From the NCBI GenBank assembly GCA_028534125.1, contig CM052818.1, positions 5,210,001 to 5,274,000 of the forward strand: DNA of 64,000 nucleotides. The letters run 5' to 3'. Within the stretch, counting starts at the first letter, position 1. Each line of letters opens with the position of its first letter. Under the pieces are notes generated by a model that did not search any database, was not told the origin of the DNA, and saw nothing but the letters and a program-made list of their open reading frames with translations. Position numbers and translations under genes: made by a program. This DNA is from Lama glama. Lineage: Eukaryota. Shown here piece by piece: positions 12,228 through 26,514 of this stretch.

Positions 12228-13100
12228 ACTCAGGGGAAAGGCCTGGATCAAGGTAAATACCAGTGGTAGATAAATCCATTGGAGACGCGGAAAACGTGAG
12301 GGGAGACATGGAATGAAAAGAGAAGGCCACAACAGAGCTTTGTAGAACACCGAAGTTTAAAGGGTGAGCAGAGGAAGAGGGTCAACAATGGAGATGGGCA
12401 GGAGTAATAAGGCAAAATGAGCCCAAGAGCTGGGAGTAGGGACTTGAATGAAAAGAGAAGTTGACAGCATCAAACGCTAACGAGAGGCCAAGATAATGAG
12501 GGCTGAAAAGAATCCATTGGGTTTTATACTTGAGATGTAACTGACAACTCTGATAAAAGTAATCTTAGGGGAGGGCTCAGGATGAACACCTGTGGGGACT
12601 GGAAGTGTAGGTCTGAACTAGGGAAACAGCAGCTCAAGTCACCTTGAGGCTGGGGGAGGTGGTGGGAGGACAGGACGTACATTAAGAAAATCTGCTCAAA
12701 GGCGGTGGCAGTGACAGTGGGAGAGAGAGCATGGACTGTCGAGTTTTGAGGTTGATATCTGAGGTAGGAACAAAGGATTTGATAAGTGACTAGATTGGAG
12801 GGCATGGAGCTGGAGGGAGCGAAGGGGAGAAATGAGTTGAATGTGTCTTCGAGGTTTCTACCTAGTTGGAAGACAGGTATAGATGAGGCGTTAAACCATC
12901 TTGAATACGTGAGGTGGAATGGTTTTGGGGGAAATAGAATGAATTCCATTTTGGATATGGGATGTATGAGATGACTGATGTGTAAGATTCTATTAGGAAT
13001 ATCTAGAAGGCACTTGGATTTATGGATCTTGAACTTACGAGAAAGAGATGAAAATACAGATTTGTGATTTATCTACACATAGATGAAGTTATATGACTGA
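12228..13100 (-). mobile_element. L2 (continues a piece at about 11125-11350)
   Basis: GA-rich antisense L2 motifs (GAACACCGAAGTTTAAAGGGTGAGCAGAGGAAGAG; GAATTCCATTTTGGATATGG). Confidence 0.75.
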
Positions 13101-16100
13101 AATAGTATAGAAGGCTCTCTGCTCAGGATAATCCTTAGAGTTAAAACAGAAGACTCTACAGTAGAAAGGCTGAAAAATCCAGTCATGAAACACAACCTGA
13201 AAGGAGCCAGGGAAGAAGATACAATGCAGGAGATAAAGAATTCAGTTCTTTATGAAAGAGATACTTCTGTTCTTACACAGATAAAGGCCTGAAAATCTTC
13301 TGTCTTCTTTCAAACCAGGATGGAAATATTTGCAAGGAAAGTGGAAAAACTCTGGCTGGAAAGTCCTCCGACAGATCCAAAGTCCGTAGCTATAAATGAA
13401 CTGCAAGATAGGGCCAGGCTTGCATTTTATAAACAAGAAGAAACAGTTCTCAGACACAAAACTTGCATTTGGCTCAAAAATTAAAATTCTTGGAGTTTGA
13501 TAAATTACAATTTTTTTCTATTCCAGGATATCTGGCTTTCTCTGTTTTTGTGCGTTGCCTCTGGGTGGAACGTTACATTAAATGTCTTCTCTAACCCACT
13601 TCACCTATGCTACATCGCTGGAGCCCTTAGGTTCTCAGAGTTTATGGCTCATCCCCAGAGAAGATCTCAGAGAACCAGACTATAATTCTATGGACACCCC
13701 GTCATTGGGAAGGTGGAGGCCACTGGACCACCATGTGAGGTCCAATAGGAGGACTCATATTGGCCACAGCCATACCCCTGGCATTGCTGCTTGAATTCTA
13801 TCCCAATCCCATCCTACAGCATTTGTGATTAACCCCAAGTAGAAGAAGAAGGACGCAAAAAGCTGAAAGAAGAAAACAATGAAAGGTACTTGCCTCTAGG
13901 AGCACCGAAGAGGCTGAAAGCCACAGTAACCCTGTTTGTACTCATACAATAAAGATGAAGCACCCGTGAAAAGGACTTTGTTTCTCTTTGCCTCCATGCA
14001 GTGAATAGAGGAGCAGGGCCAGGGAGGTTAGACCAGGGTTGCTGAGGTCAATGGAAAAATGGGGATGTGCCCACAGGCCCCAGTGACAGGCAGGGGCAGA
14101 GGCCAGGAGCAGTGAGGGGCAGCAGCTGAGAGGTCCTGGGGAGTACTCAGGAGGGATCTCAGGAACACTTGGAACCGGAGGGCTGATATAGCTGAGCTCC
14201 TCACAGTTTCCCCAGTGGGCTCTATGCCTGCAGCTGCTACTAACATGGCACAGAGTCTTTGAGTTCCTCAAGGTGGTGGGGCAAGGATGTAAGGGACGCG
14301 GTCGCTTGGGTGTCTCTGTAGATCTGACAGCAGAGTTGGTGCTGTCGAAGGGCATAGTCCCGACAAGTCAGTCTCCATCAGTTTAACTGTCCATCCACAG
14401 TGCCTGCGAAGCACGCCCCCCAGACAGCAGGGAGATGAGTGAAGATAACCCTTTGATGGCCCGAGCTAACCAATGGTGGTTAGGCTGGAACTCATGGAGG
14501 CCCCCCCAAATGGGGGAAAGGTGTGATTTGGTAGCTGAAGCATGAAAAAGCCTTGGATAGTCGTGTGAATGCAATAATCTTCCACAAGTCCCTCCCCCGA
14601 CACACACACACAAGGTTGTGTTCTTCTATTGACTGCATCTCTCGCCTACCCACTCACCCCCAGCAAACACGTGCATAATGTGCTTATAACTCATCTTTGT
14701 TGTTTCAAGGTTGACTGTGATTTTTCACTTCAGCCTTACTTCACGTGGAAGTTTATGTTAGAGTAAGGAGACATCCTCACATATATCGCTGAGTATCCAG
14801 GAAGGAGGAAGCTGGGTCACACTTTTACACATCCCCGTCCTAACACCTCACCCCCACCCACCCTCTCGCAGCCGAACAGAAGAACGTACTTTCTTGCACA
14901 TAAAATCCTTTACTCAACCTTCCAAGTCAGTATTCAGTTTGATTTCCAGTGTGGGAAAATGAGTGACCTCCGATGGGTCCTTCCTGAGCGTGAGGGGAAA
15001 AATAGAGTCGAAAATAAACATGTAGCCATCTCTCAGCGCCGCTGAAAATGTCATGATTGGAGCCCAGTCTGAAAACTGCATCAGCTGCTTTACCTCAACT
15101 CTTTGCCCTTTTCCCAACAGGCACATATTTATAACCTGGGTTTCCCAAACAGATTACTCTGTATTTCCGCCATCTGGTTTATGGATTTTTTTTTTTTAAC
15201 ATGCTACAGGCTGCCAAACGGTAAAGCTAGGACGGTTCTTGTTTGAGGGAAAGCAACTCTGGCAGAGTGTTGTAAAGTAACAGCACGTTAGCTACTTGGA
15301 AGCACTAGCACGGCTCCAGAGATTTGGAAACGCTGGAAGACTCCGAGAGGGCTAATGGGGATATGGCTGGACGGCTTACACGTTTCGGCAGGAGGTTAAA
15401 ACGTCCTCTTCCATAAGTAGATGGAGAATTTTACCAAAGAGTAAAAGGCGAAATGTTGTTTTAATTTTGCCATTATTTTATGACGATGTCTCCACTGTAG
15501 AAAAAAAAAATGGTGTGGCTTCATTTATGCGGAGATCCAGGTACTGTGTTTTGATTTCCTCCATTTTTGACATAAAATAGAATCAAGCCAATGTGCGAAC
15601 AGGCCTCCCTGGTTCCGTGGAAGGTCCCATAAAGTTCATGTCACAGCGACATTTTTGTTAAGTGAATCCTAGTACACTGTTCAATTCCATGATAAATGTC
15701 AGAGATTCAGTCTCCGGGAAATCAGCTGGCCCCGAATAGAATGAAATCACAGGTCAGAATGGGGAAAATGTCCTCAAAACACTTAAAGGAACATATCACA
15801 TCTGTTGAAAAATATTAGCTTCAAGATACGTTTAAAAGTATTCTGCGCTCAGATAATAACATAAGTTATGAAAATACAAGGGTGGGAAATCCTGGAAGCT
15901 TTCTCATCGGCCTTAACCTGACTTCGACATTTCAGCAAATGTTAGGAAAACAGTTCCTAATGATCAGAACATGTGGCTAAGGATGTTTTATTTCGTTTTG
16001 ATCCTCTTCAATTACCTTAAAATTTCTGACTTGATTTCTAGATTTTCCCCCCAGCAGGGTGGCAGAGAGGTACATTTTTTCTAGACTTGTATGTTAATGT

Positions 16101-16534
16101 CTCCAGGTATCTTTATCTGTATCCTTATACTAGGGGACCAAAGAGAACTGCATAAAATACAATACCCAAAGTGTGCATTTCTTGTTTCCCTGGAGAGTTC
16201 TGCGCTGGTGTTTGCAAAAACAGGTGTTGTTTAGCAAACGGCTCTGTGGCTTTAACAGGGCAATGGTTGTTTGTACACATTGTGATTGCTTTGGACTCAC
16301 TTCAGAGTTCTTTCAGTTAGCAGATAATGTTTTCTCACTTGGGGGTGTTGGCATATCAAGTGGTGTTTTTTGAGTTTAGAAAAACTTCAACTACTAACTA
16401 GATAGGTTTAGTCATTCATCCGCCTCTTATTCCTTAATACAAGATCAGATACAAGGTCACTATCCTAAAGATGCCCATAGTGCCAGGAATGATTGAGAGT
16501 CTCTGAAATGTTGAGCCCAGTATGTACAGTCTGA

Positions 16535-16700
16535 CATTTAATCAGCTCTCCTGAAAATATAGGAAGTATTATACCCATTTTAGAAATGTGTAAACTGAGG
16601 TTCAGAAGGGGTATGTAATTTGCCCAAGATTATACTAGTATTAAGTGACAGAGTCCAGGTTTAAAGTGGGGGTTCTCTGATCTAGAACGCCAGGCAACTT
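16535..16700 (-). mobile_element. MIR
   Basis: Core CCCATTTTAGAAATGTGTAAACTGAGGTTCAGA...TTGCCCAAGAT. Confidence 0.85.
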
Positions 16701-18147
16701 CCATCACAACATCCTACTGTTTAACAATGTTTAGCAGTTTAAGAATGAGATCATCAAATTATAATGATGAAACGGGATTCCTAAATTTTGTAACCATAAC
16801 TGCAGGCTCTTCCCAGCATGAAGTTCTGTTTTAATTCAAGAATTCCTCAAGTTTTGAAATCCGAGAGGCAACTGTTCTCTGAAGGAGAGGAATACCTGTA
16901 TAATTTAAAATAAATTTCCAGCAGTCAGCAACCTCTTAAAAACATTTTTACTGACAGTTGGAGATCTTCCTGACATTGGTTTTATGGGATCAGATCTACC
17001 ATCCTGGATTCCATCATGTTGCTCTTTCTGTACAAACTTGGACAGAAAAGGGAAGATGGGAGGGAGGTAGCCAGCCTCAAATCTCCTCCTGGCCCATCTC
17101 AGGATGCAGGTGAGGTGTGGGGTGCGGATGAAACACTTCAGGAAATTCTCCTGCTCCTCCTTTTTTTCTTGCTGGACCAATTCTAGCCCTCATACCTTAG
17201 AGGAGAGTTAGAGAGAAAATCAGCAGGCAGAGGAAAGAGAAGGAAGAGGCATAAGTGAAAAATAGGATAGGAAAACACGGAAAATGTTTGCTACGCACTC
17301 AGAAATAGCAGATTGAAATGAAGCCCTCAAAAATGTCAAGAATATGATTTCAGATTTCTTCAATGAATTTCGAAGTCCTGGATGGGGGAAATTTCCTCCC
17401 TAACATTAACACAGGCACAAAAGTCCATCAAGAATGGAGGATCTCCAGTGAATCAGTGTGCTTCACTTAAAGTGGCCTCTATGCTCATTGGAATCAACAG
17501 ACTATTCAAATACAGTTTTATGGTGTGTTGGCATCACCACTTTAAAAGTGTACTTTAAAAAATTTTTATTGAAATGTATTTGACATATAACATTGAGTAC
17601 ATTTAAGGTGGACAACTTGTTAATTAGGTATATTTGTCCATCCCACCTGCTCACTCCATTCTGAGACGTGGAGCCTAATTTGACCTCTGTCCAACTGAGG
17701 AAGGGCAAAGTCGGCTAAGTAGAGAATTTGTGAGACCTTTTATAAACAAACTTGGTAAGCATTCAGTAAACAGAGAGTGAATTTCCAGAACTATTGTGCA
17801 TGCATCTCCATTGTAATAACGAGCATTGCCGGAGACTGAATTTATTAGCTCCTTTGGGGCTGGAGGTGAGGGAGCGTTCAGATGTAAACTGTGGAGACAG
17901 TTACTGGTTTGCACGTGAAGCTGATGAAAGAAGGGTGTGGACAGCTAGTGAGGAGATGAAGAGACTGAAGGCCAATTTAATATTTCTTGTAAATGGTGGG
18001 TGATCAGTAGAAGATACTGTTTTTCTGTTTTAATTTAATTAAAGCAGTCCTCAGTACCATGTCAGTGAAGGGTGGAGCACAGTTTTCAGCATCAACAGAG
18101 ATACTGTCACTCAATGCCGCCTCTCTTCTTCCCTCTTCTTAATCCTT

Positions 18148-18453
18148 TTTCACTCAGTTTTATTGAGATATAATTGACCTACAGCACTGTACAAGTTTAC
18201 AGTGTATAGCATAGTGATTGGACTTATGTATATTGTGATGTGATTAGCACAATGAGTTTAGTTAACATCTATCATCTCAGATAGATACAAAAAAAAAAGA
18301 AAAAAATACCCTTGCAATAAGAATTCTTAGGATTTACTCTCTTAACAACTGTCGTATATACCAGACAACAGTGTTAACTATAGTCACTGGATTCTACATT
18401 ACATCCTAGTACTTAATTATCTTATAACTGGAGTTTTGTGCCTTTGACCATCT
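18148..18453 (-). mobile_element. L1 3' end (L1MA9/laurasiatherian-like)
   Basis: TTTTATTGAGATATAATTGAC...CTTAGGATTTACTCTCTTAACAACT...TTTGACCA; degenerate flanking repeat TCTTCT(T/G)AATC. Confidence 0.85.
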
Positions 18454-18589
18454 TCTTCTGAATCTTAACCTTGTGCCCAAATGAATACTGAATACGGATA
18501 AGCACTAGGAGGGAACTGGGAGGCACTGAGAAGCAAGATGTAGGATAACTCTGGGAAAAGTTTCTGTAGAGCAAAGAACATTCATCACC

Positions 18590-19043
18590 AAGACAAGGAG
18601 GGCCACTGTTCACCAAAATGCACATTCTTCTCTTCTTTCTCAGCACATAGACACAGTTGTGTTCTCCAGCCTCCCTTGCAGCTGGATTCAACATGGGACA
18701 GAGTCCGAGATGATGACATGCGAGGGGAGGTGATAGAGACCACTTTCTGGTATAGTTTGTTGAAATCTTCCACACATGCTTCTCCAAGCTCTTCTCGATG
18801 ACTAGGATGGAAAAGGCCACAGAGGCTTCAGAGAACTTACATTGAAAATGGTAGAGCCTCTGTCAGTCTGGATTATTGAACCACCAAGTGGTTCCTCAGA
18901 TGGAGAAACATCACCACTGTGAACAAAAAACACCTGACTTGCCTGTTACATGAGCAAGTAAGAGTCTTCCGGTATTTTTCATTCATTCTGCATTTCAGAT
19001 TCTGTTTGTTTCAGCAGCTCCTTTCCTACTAGTCACTGAACAC
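18590..19043 (+). mobile_element. MaLR LTR (MLT1J-like)
   Basis: CCAGCCTCCCTTGCAGCT...ATGGTAGAGCCTC...TGTTTGTTTCAGCAGC...CACA. Confidence 0.7.
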
Positions 19044-20689
19044 AATTTCATGGGAGACTATATGTGTAACATACAATTACACTTCATAATTTAAGAACAA
19101 GCCAGACTTTTAGCTGTCCTTTCTCTGCAGGCCTCTAACATTTCTTTCCGAGTCTGCTCTTGTTGTTGAGAGGAGGCCTTGGGAAAGGGGAGAGGGATGG
19201 GTGCATACACGTCTCCAGGTTCCCATGATACTGCAGTTCCGTAATCCCATGTTGGTTGGGGCCATAGCATGAATTGTTTAGATTTCTAAAATGGATCTGG
19301 AAAATTTATGCCTTTCCTGTTGGGGAAATTTTCTTGATTTATGATCGCCATGTTTATATGTACTAAATCATACTGAAGTGTATTAAAAATTTTGTTTTTT
19401 AATTTTGGTTGAGCAGGGTGCTGGTCATCCAAATTAATGACCATTCATGGGTGGTATAAATTCCGAGAGGCATTTACAGTGGGTGTGAATTATTTGAATG
19501 GCAGAGGCAGATTGATGGTCTCTGGATCCCATGTTTGAGTGTCAGGCAGCGCAGCAACTGCTCAGTTCACTCACTCTCCGATCATAAACTTGAGTTGTTA
19601 TGATTGTTGGTAACAGTTGTTCGCTAAAACATGAAGAAGGGTTATGTTTAAATGATGATCCATGTTGTTCCCTAATCACTATTTTTAAAGGCCTTGATGC
19701 TTCTACAATGCCATTGTTAGAACCAACGCATATCTGTGTAACTGATGGAAACGCTTTGAAGCCACATTAATATCTATCTGCATAACTATCAGAGTAAATT
19801 CATTTATTACTTGAATATCATAGCTATTACCTGGTTAAGAATAACTGTTTACTTTTCTTTTTGAAAAAATATTCCAAGGTTGCCATTGTAGTGTTTTCAC
19901 ACCAGTAAGAGACCCTCTGCTGTCAATCATTTATTAATTAGCAGGTTTTACTTTGCTCTCAGGACAATGTCAGGCACCAGAAGTGTGGGGAAGAAAGATG
20001 AGATGTGTAACATGGTTTTGGCAGTCTTAGGAGGGGCACACTTACCATGATAAGAAACATTTGTGAACAGAGGTGGAATTTCATGATAAATTTGCTCAAG
20101 AGGACCTTGAGCATGGATTTGAATCATGTCCCTGGAACCTTCTAGCTCTATAACACTGAACTAATTATTTGACCCATCCGGGCTCAGTTTTCCATTTGCA
20201 AGACATTTCTGATACTACCCACCTCCAAACACTGTATGTCAGATGATGGAGACGCACACCTTGTGTCATCCTAACACTAGTCCTGGGATAACAAGAAAAT
20301 GGCTCACAATTACCAGCCAATAGATCCAGCAGTGAGTGAGGGGTTCTCACAGACAAGGAAAGGCTTAAAAGGAAGTAAATTATCAAGGAAGACTCATAAA
20401 AGGTAAGAAATAATGACTCTAAACCTACAAGTGTAAATGGGAGACAACCAGGTCTAAGTAAGTAGGATTAAGAAACCAGAAGGGTGGCAATTTGAACATG
20501 ATTCTGTGCTATGTTCTGTGTCTGCTGGAGGCATCCTATGTATCAGCTGTCAGCTATGTCTGTAGGGCAAGAGAGGTATTCAGCTCACCTCTGGTTTAGG
20601 AAGACACTCATGAGTCTGCCATTGACCACTAGTTCTTGTGACTTGAGTTATGCTTTTAAGATCATTAGATTTGACAGAAGACTTCTTAT

Positions 20690-20862
20690 CACTGGATTGA
20701 CTTATTTATTGTATATCTTCCCCCGACTGGGATGTAAGCTCTAAGAGAACAAGAACATATTGTTGACCTAGTTATAAATTCTTTCATGGATAAATCCCTA
20801 GTGCTGAGAACTAGAAAAATATAGACACACATTTTAAATAAGTGAATAAATTAAATAAATAA
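20690..20862 (+). mobile_element. L2 3' end
   Basis: GACTGGGATGTAAGCTCTAAGAGAACAAG...CCCTAGTGCTGAGAAC...GTGAATAAAT. Confidence 0.7.
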
Positions 20863-21029
20863 CTCAGTGTCCACTATGACAAAGTCATAGTGTTTTGGTC
20901 TGAAGCCCCTACAAAAGATGATTAAAGCAGGTCCCTGCCTTCAAGAGATGGGCTCTGTTGGGTCTATGCCAATTATGCAATGCTTTTGCTTGCAATTGAC
21001 TTAGGGATGGGCTGAATGAAGGCAATATT

Positions 21030-21400
21030 GGCCAGTAAAACAAATGAATCAGTCTTCCAGAAGCTTTTAAGGGAGAAAATTCTGGCTGCTTAAGAGAAAT
21101 CTAAGCCTCTGTCTCATTCTCTCTTTCTCTTTCCCTCTCTCTCCTTCCCCCTCCACTCGTTTTCCCCATCTTGGTCCTTGGTGACCACAGCCATCTTGAG
21201 ACCACAACACAAAACTAGTAGCACAGGGGGCAAGCCGGGTAGAGCTGAAAGAGTGGGAGAAAAATGAGGGTGGTAGGCAGGTCACATGATACTCAACCCA
21301 CTTTTGAACTCCCAGTTCTGTGAGTCCTTGAGAGTCCTGATTGTGTAAGCCACCGGGAGCTGGTTTTTGTTACTTCAGCCAAAGCATCACAATTGATACC
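21030..21400 (+). mobile_element. MaLR LTR fragment (MLT1K/L-like)
   Basis: CAGCCATCTTGAGACCAC...TAAGCCAC...TTTTTGTTACTTCAGCCAAAGCATC. Confidence 0.6.
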
Positions 21401-21984
21401 ACCTGTTAAAATCCCTTCCAGAGAATTGAATAAAAAATATATGTGGTCATCACGAACCTGCCAAGTAGTCTTTCACAATCTTTCAGAATACTCTACCCCA
21501 AGGAGCATTATCTAATGCTTCCTCAGATAGAAGAAGACAGTAACAAAGCCCAGATTAGTCGAATTAAGAGTAGAACCTAAATCTTGCTGCTTTTGCCAAG
21601 AAGCTAAGAGAAGGAATTAAAAAAAAAAAACAACATTGTACAGAAAAGGGAGTAGGAGTGTCCTGTACCCTTTGAGACTCTTAGTAACTGATGTGCACGT
21701 GGCAGTGCTAATGTTTTCATCTGTAGCCAGTCATCAGTTTTGCCTTTGAGAGGTGCTGTGATGGGTAGTGAAGCAGGCTGACCTGATCACCCAGCACCAT
21801 CATGGTTTTCCTGGCCTGTTGGCCAATCTGCATCTCTGTTTTTGCACAGGTAGAAAAGAGCAGAGAAAAGAGATGAGATTCAAATGGGTCACTTCCAGTT
21901 CTGGTTGTTTTCATGGCTAAAAGGTGAGGGAGAAATTTAAATCTATTGGCCACTGGGGAGTATTTCAAATTTAAGTAGTATATC

Positions 21985-22236
21985 CACCCCTCCCACCTCC
22001 CGCACACAGCCCAGCACTCTCTAGACCTTTCCCTGCTTATTTTCACTGTAGCGTGTATTGTTTTGACATACTATATATTGGTTACTTAATTGTCACTGCT
22101 TATATCCTCCCACAAAATTACAGGCTCCAGGAGGGCAGAGATTGTTGTTATCTAGTTCATCTCTAATTTCCAGCATCTGTAAGAGGACCTGCTACATAAT
22201 AGTGATATAATCAATATTTGGTGACAGAATGAATGG
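21985..22236 (+). mobile_element. L2 3' end
   Basis: GCTCCAGGAGGGCAGAGATT...AATATTTGGTGACAGAATGAATG. Confidence 0.8.
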
Positions 22237-24654
22237 GGTTTTCATTTGCACAAGCATAAAACAGTTGAGATGTTTTACACACTCGGTTTGAAATTACAAA
22301 TCCAAGCTTGAAACGACTTTCTCGGGTGTCTTCTTTTAGCTAATAAACAATTTTTAAACATGAAGTGACTTCTTTTTACAACTCGGATCCACTCAAAACA
22401 TATTTAACTCAGGGAAGAGTGTATTAAGGAAAATGTAGATTCATTCAGTCAGGGAGCAAGAAGAGAACTTCTGGAGACTTGGTGTACTGACTTACTTTCC
22501 ATATCTTAAAATGATGCAGATAGATGGTTTTCATATGTACTTTTAACTATAGGTGAGCCATCCTATGCAGAGAGTAGGATCAGATAGAAGTTAATTTTGA
22601 AAGTGCTGCAGTTTAAAAAATGGTCAATGTCTTCCACCTTTTCCCTGGAAGAAATATGGAGAGATATATCCCGACTCGTAGGTTAAAGGACCGCCGACTG
22701 AAAACTCGTAGTGATTTTTGTTCTCCTTCCACAGCTGGGTCTTTCTCCTCCTGACAAGGTTGCGCCCATTCCCTAGGCTGTGGCAACTTCCTTGGTTCCT
22801 CGCTCCTCTGTTCCCCTCGCCTCTTCCTCCCCCCTCCCCCGTTCTTCAAGAAGAGGTTGCGGTCCAGTGATCTGCAGAAAGTTAACAAGTGCTGAACAAG
22901 TGTGGAATCCATGTGATCCCTTCGGTCTGTTTGTTCCCCTCGAGTTCAATATCCCGTTTCTTTCAAGAAGTACCATCCGCTCCTTGTTTGAGGAGATGCC
23001 CATGAGTGAGAAAACCTCACTCCAGCCTGGCTCACAATCAAAGAAGGGCTTGTTAACTAGGTCATTAGAGGGTTTCCTGCTCTCTGTGGCTGGGGTGCCT
23101 TGTTTCCTCAACAGAAGCAGGTAGTCAGCCAGGGCGTTTATTCACTGAAGGTCAGGCTTTTGTATTATGAAACTTCTAGCAGATGTGATAAGCAGTGAAT
23201 TGCAGATCTATTGCTTTTTTTTTTCCACCCCAGAAAGTGTGTGTGTATGAAATCAGCAGAATCCTGCCTCTCTGTGATTTATGACCCACTTTTGACCACG
23301 TCTTATCAGGTTCCCACAAGCCCCTTTCTGATGCAGTTCATGTCTGAATGACAATAGACAAACCAGCACCATTATGCACCCAAATCTCTCTCTGCATTCT
23401 AGACACCAAGATTACATCTAGGGTATTGATTTATTGCTGCCTTTCCCCCACACAGGGACCAGTGCATTAAGCCTGGACAAGATCTACTATTATTAAACAG
23501 AGTCACCAACTGTATGTGAACTTGGGAAAGAAAGAATCATTTGCCCCCACCTTTCTCAGAACCTGAGCATAAAAGGAAATGCTTGGTTGAAGTATTAAAC
23601 TGTTTATTTGTCACTGCTTGACTCTTTAACTATGCAGAATAAGCTAAAACAGGCTAAAATAAGTCTTGGGAAGAAGGGAACCTTTGTAGTTTCTCAGATG
23701 TTGAAACACAATGTACTTCTTTTTATGAACCACACTGAAATGATTACCGATCTCTGCTTTGGTGTATATTTCTGAAACACCTACTGTATCTGTAGCAATG
23801 AGGTTTTATGACAGCTTTAACAGTTTCTGCAAAATTTATATGTTCTACCAGTAGATCATTTGGGAAAGCGATATAAATTTTACAGCACATCAGAGTTTTT
23901 TATCACCTACGAACGCCTGATGTAGGATTCATATCAAGCAGGCCCTCATCCACCCACACTTTTCTATTCTTCCGGGTATTTACGTTTGCCAGGCAAAAGG
24001 GCCCTTCAACACTTTTCTCTTTACAAATCGTCATTCCTCCTCCCTCGTTCCCTCTCAGTTTAGCATCATTCGATCTGACTGTCTGTGGGAGATTCAGCCC
24101 TGCTCTCGTCAATTTACACAGTAGACAGTCTCTGCTCTCTTAACTCCCACAGAGAGGGAGGGCGATGTCTCTGGAGTTTCTGGGACCTCTGAAGATCTGA
24201 GTGAGCTAAATGAAAACCAAAGGAGGAAATCCTTTTCTAAAGGGGTTTCTTACTTGCTGGACCCCCAGGAGGTTCCTGTGGTCTGACATGCTAGTGGACG
24301 AAGAAGTGGCCTAGGGACAGAATACCATCCTCCATAACTGCCTTAAGAGATCTGGGCCCATTATTCCTAAGTCTGTGGGAAAATTCTGGGGCCATGATCC
24401 CAGAGATTTAGACCCACTGAAATTAAAAAAGAAGAGAATCAAATTCAGACTCAAAGTTGGATCCAGTCTATTTGTTGAAGTTCTTATCAGAATGCTATTT
24501 TTGGAAAAAATTTCTGCCACCTTAGTTCACTGGGTCAGGACCCTCTGTCTTTTAACATTTTTCATTTGTATGAGCCTGATTCTTGGTGTCTGAATACCTG
24601 GAAGTTGGTCATGAAGATAGTTTGTCATAATGGATGAAGAAAAGCATGTGTGTT

Positions 24655-25120
24655 AAGAGGCACAGTGGAAATATTGAGTTTGTCTGTTTCCCTGGGAAAC
24701 CATATTTCCCTCCCTCCAACCCTAACTTCTGTGTGCACTCCAAAAAGAAAAAAAAGAAAAAGAGAAAAAAAAAAAAAGCCTGCTCAACCCATTTGGTTTG
24801 AGTAGGAGGGGACCTAGAACTTCAACTCAAGGTGGTAGATTTGTGACCCTGGGCTAGCCAATCAGAAAGATCCTCTTTGTGTATAGAATCATGAGCTACA
24901 CAAATGAGATAGGGTCAGGGCTACCAGGGGCCATCTGGGTACCAGCCAGGGAACACTTGTCTGAGACAGAAATGAAACAGATGCAAACAGAGCCCAGAGG
25001 TGGAGGCAAAGTTCTACGACCTCAACTGAACCTCTTAACACAGCTTTGCCTAAAGACTTTTCTACCTTTTGGACTATTGTTTTGGGTCAGCTGATCAATC
25101 CTCGCTTCTGACTTAAGCTA
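24655..25120 (+). mobile_element. MaLR LTR (MLT1K-like)
   Basis: GTGACCCTGGGCTAGCCAATCAGA...GGGGCCATCT...CTTAAGCTA. Confidence 0.6.
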
Positions 25121-25308
25121 ACACAGGGAGAAGAGTAAACACCAACATTTATAAGTAGTCAGTTCAGACAAACTACATTATACTTTAGGTATCTCACATC
25201 TTATGCTTTTTTCACAACAAACAATGTCACTTGTCTCTTTATGTTCTGTTGCTATGGTTATTCACAAGTTATGACATTGTGGAACAAGAAGTTAAGTATA
25301 GGATTCTA

Positions 25309-25485
25309 AGATAAACAACAAGGTCCTACTGTACAGTACAGGGAACTATATTCAATATCTTGTAATAACCTATAATGGAAAAGAATCTGAAATGAATGAA
25401 TATAACCAAATGACTTTGCTCTACACCTGAAACTAACACTACATTGTGAATCAACTATACTTCAATTTTTTTAAATGGTTAAAAA
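25309..25485 (+). mobile_element. 5'-truncated artiodactyl-type L1 3' end
   Basis: GATAAACAACAAGGTCCTACTGTACAGTACAGGGAACTATATTCAATATC...; TSD AAGTATA(G/T)GATTCTA at 25294-25308 and 25486-25500 (14/15). Confidence 0.9.
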
Positions 25486-25559
25486 AAGTATATGATTCTA
25501 TTAAAACAAAACGTTACTCCATTCTGGTACCAATTTCTATTTTAGCTGGCCCAAAAGAC

Positions 25560-26270
25560 CAGTCTGGACAAGGAGGACAAGACCAGAGGTATCTGGACTT
25601 AATCCCTAAGCAGTAGGAAGCCCAGACAGGTGTATGAGCAAAGGAGTGACAATTACAGATTGTCTTTCCAAGAAGCTAGAACTGGTAACTCTGTGAAGAA
25701 GGATTGGCAGTGGGGGGAGATTTGTGGAACGCATAGCTTTTAAGCCAAGTAGAGAGTAGCTGAGGTAGTGGCAGCAAAGGGGAGAAATGAGAGAATCAGT
25801 TTGGGGAAAGTTTCTGAGGTTGACTGACAGGACTCGGCAATTAAATACATGGATGTGGGGAATGGGGGTGTTAGAATTCTAACACCTCTAGATAGTGATG
25901 ATGCTACTGATCATAAGAAGGAAAAAGAAGCATTGTGGAGCAGGTGGAAGGAAGACAGGATGGTGGTTTCCTATGGTAATTTCAGGTTTGGTTGTAGTAG
26001 ACTGTGTAGACTGCCTTCAGGATAACCAGTTGAGTTTGGAATCACGGGGATGAATGCACTCATTCATGGAGAACATACACACGGAGCCAAGGGAGAGAGA
26101 AAGGCAGATCCACAGCTGCTACCACCGTCCAAGGGGTAGCTTCAATCTGTGGAGCCAGGGAAGGAGACAGAGCAGAAGCCATCAGAAGTGAGGCAGAAGA
26201 AAGAAGGTCCTTGGGGCTTAGAATGGAGAATGTTTTCACAAAGAGGAGAGTAGTCTACAATCGCCCAATT
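25560..26270 (-). mobile_element. L2 fragment
   Basis: TGGACTTAATCCCTAAGCAGTAGGAAGCC...GAGCAAAGGAGTGAC...TGACAGGACTCGGC. Confidence 0.65.
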
Positions 26271-26374
26271 TACAAATGTGTGGACATCCTAGACTTCGCA
26301 ATTTACTTATAAATGAGGTGAAAACATCACTTATTGGAGAGCTCAAATGGGAAATGTCATTGTCCCAGCATTGT

Positions 26375-26465
26375 GTTTTTAATTTAACTTTTTTTTAAAT
26401 TAAAATGTAGTTGATATACCATGTTAGTTCCAGGTGTACAGCAAAGCAATTCGGCTATACATGTG

Positions 26466-26514
<49 letters not shown>

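Noticed and set aside
13500..14600. Coding exons in a GC-richer block
   Set aside because: No recognisable protein in any listed frame; possibly an old LTR that I cannot assign
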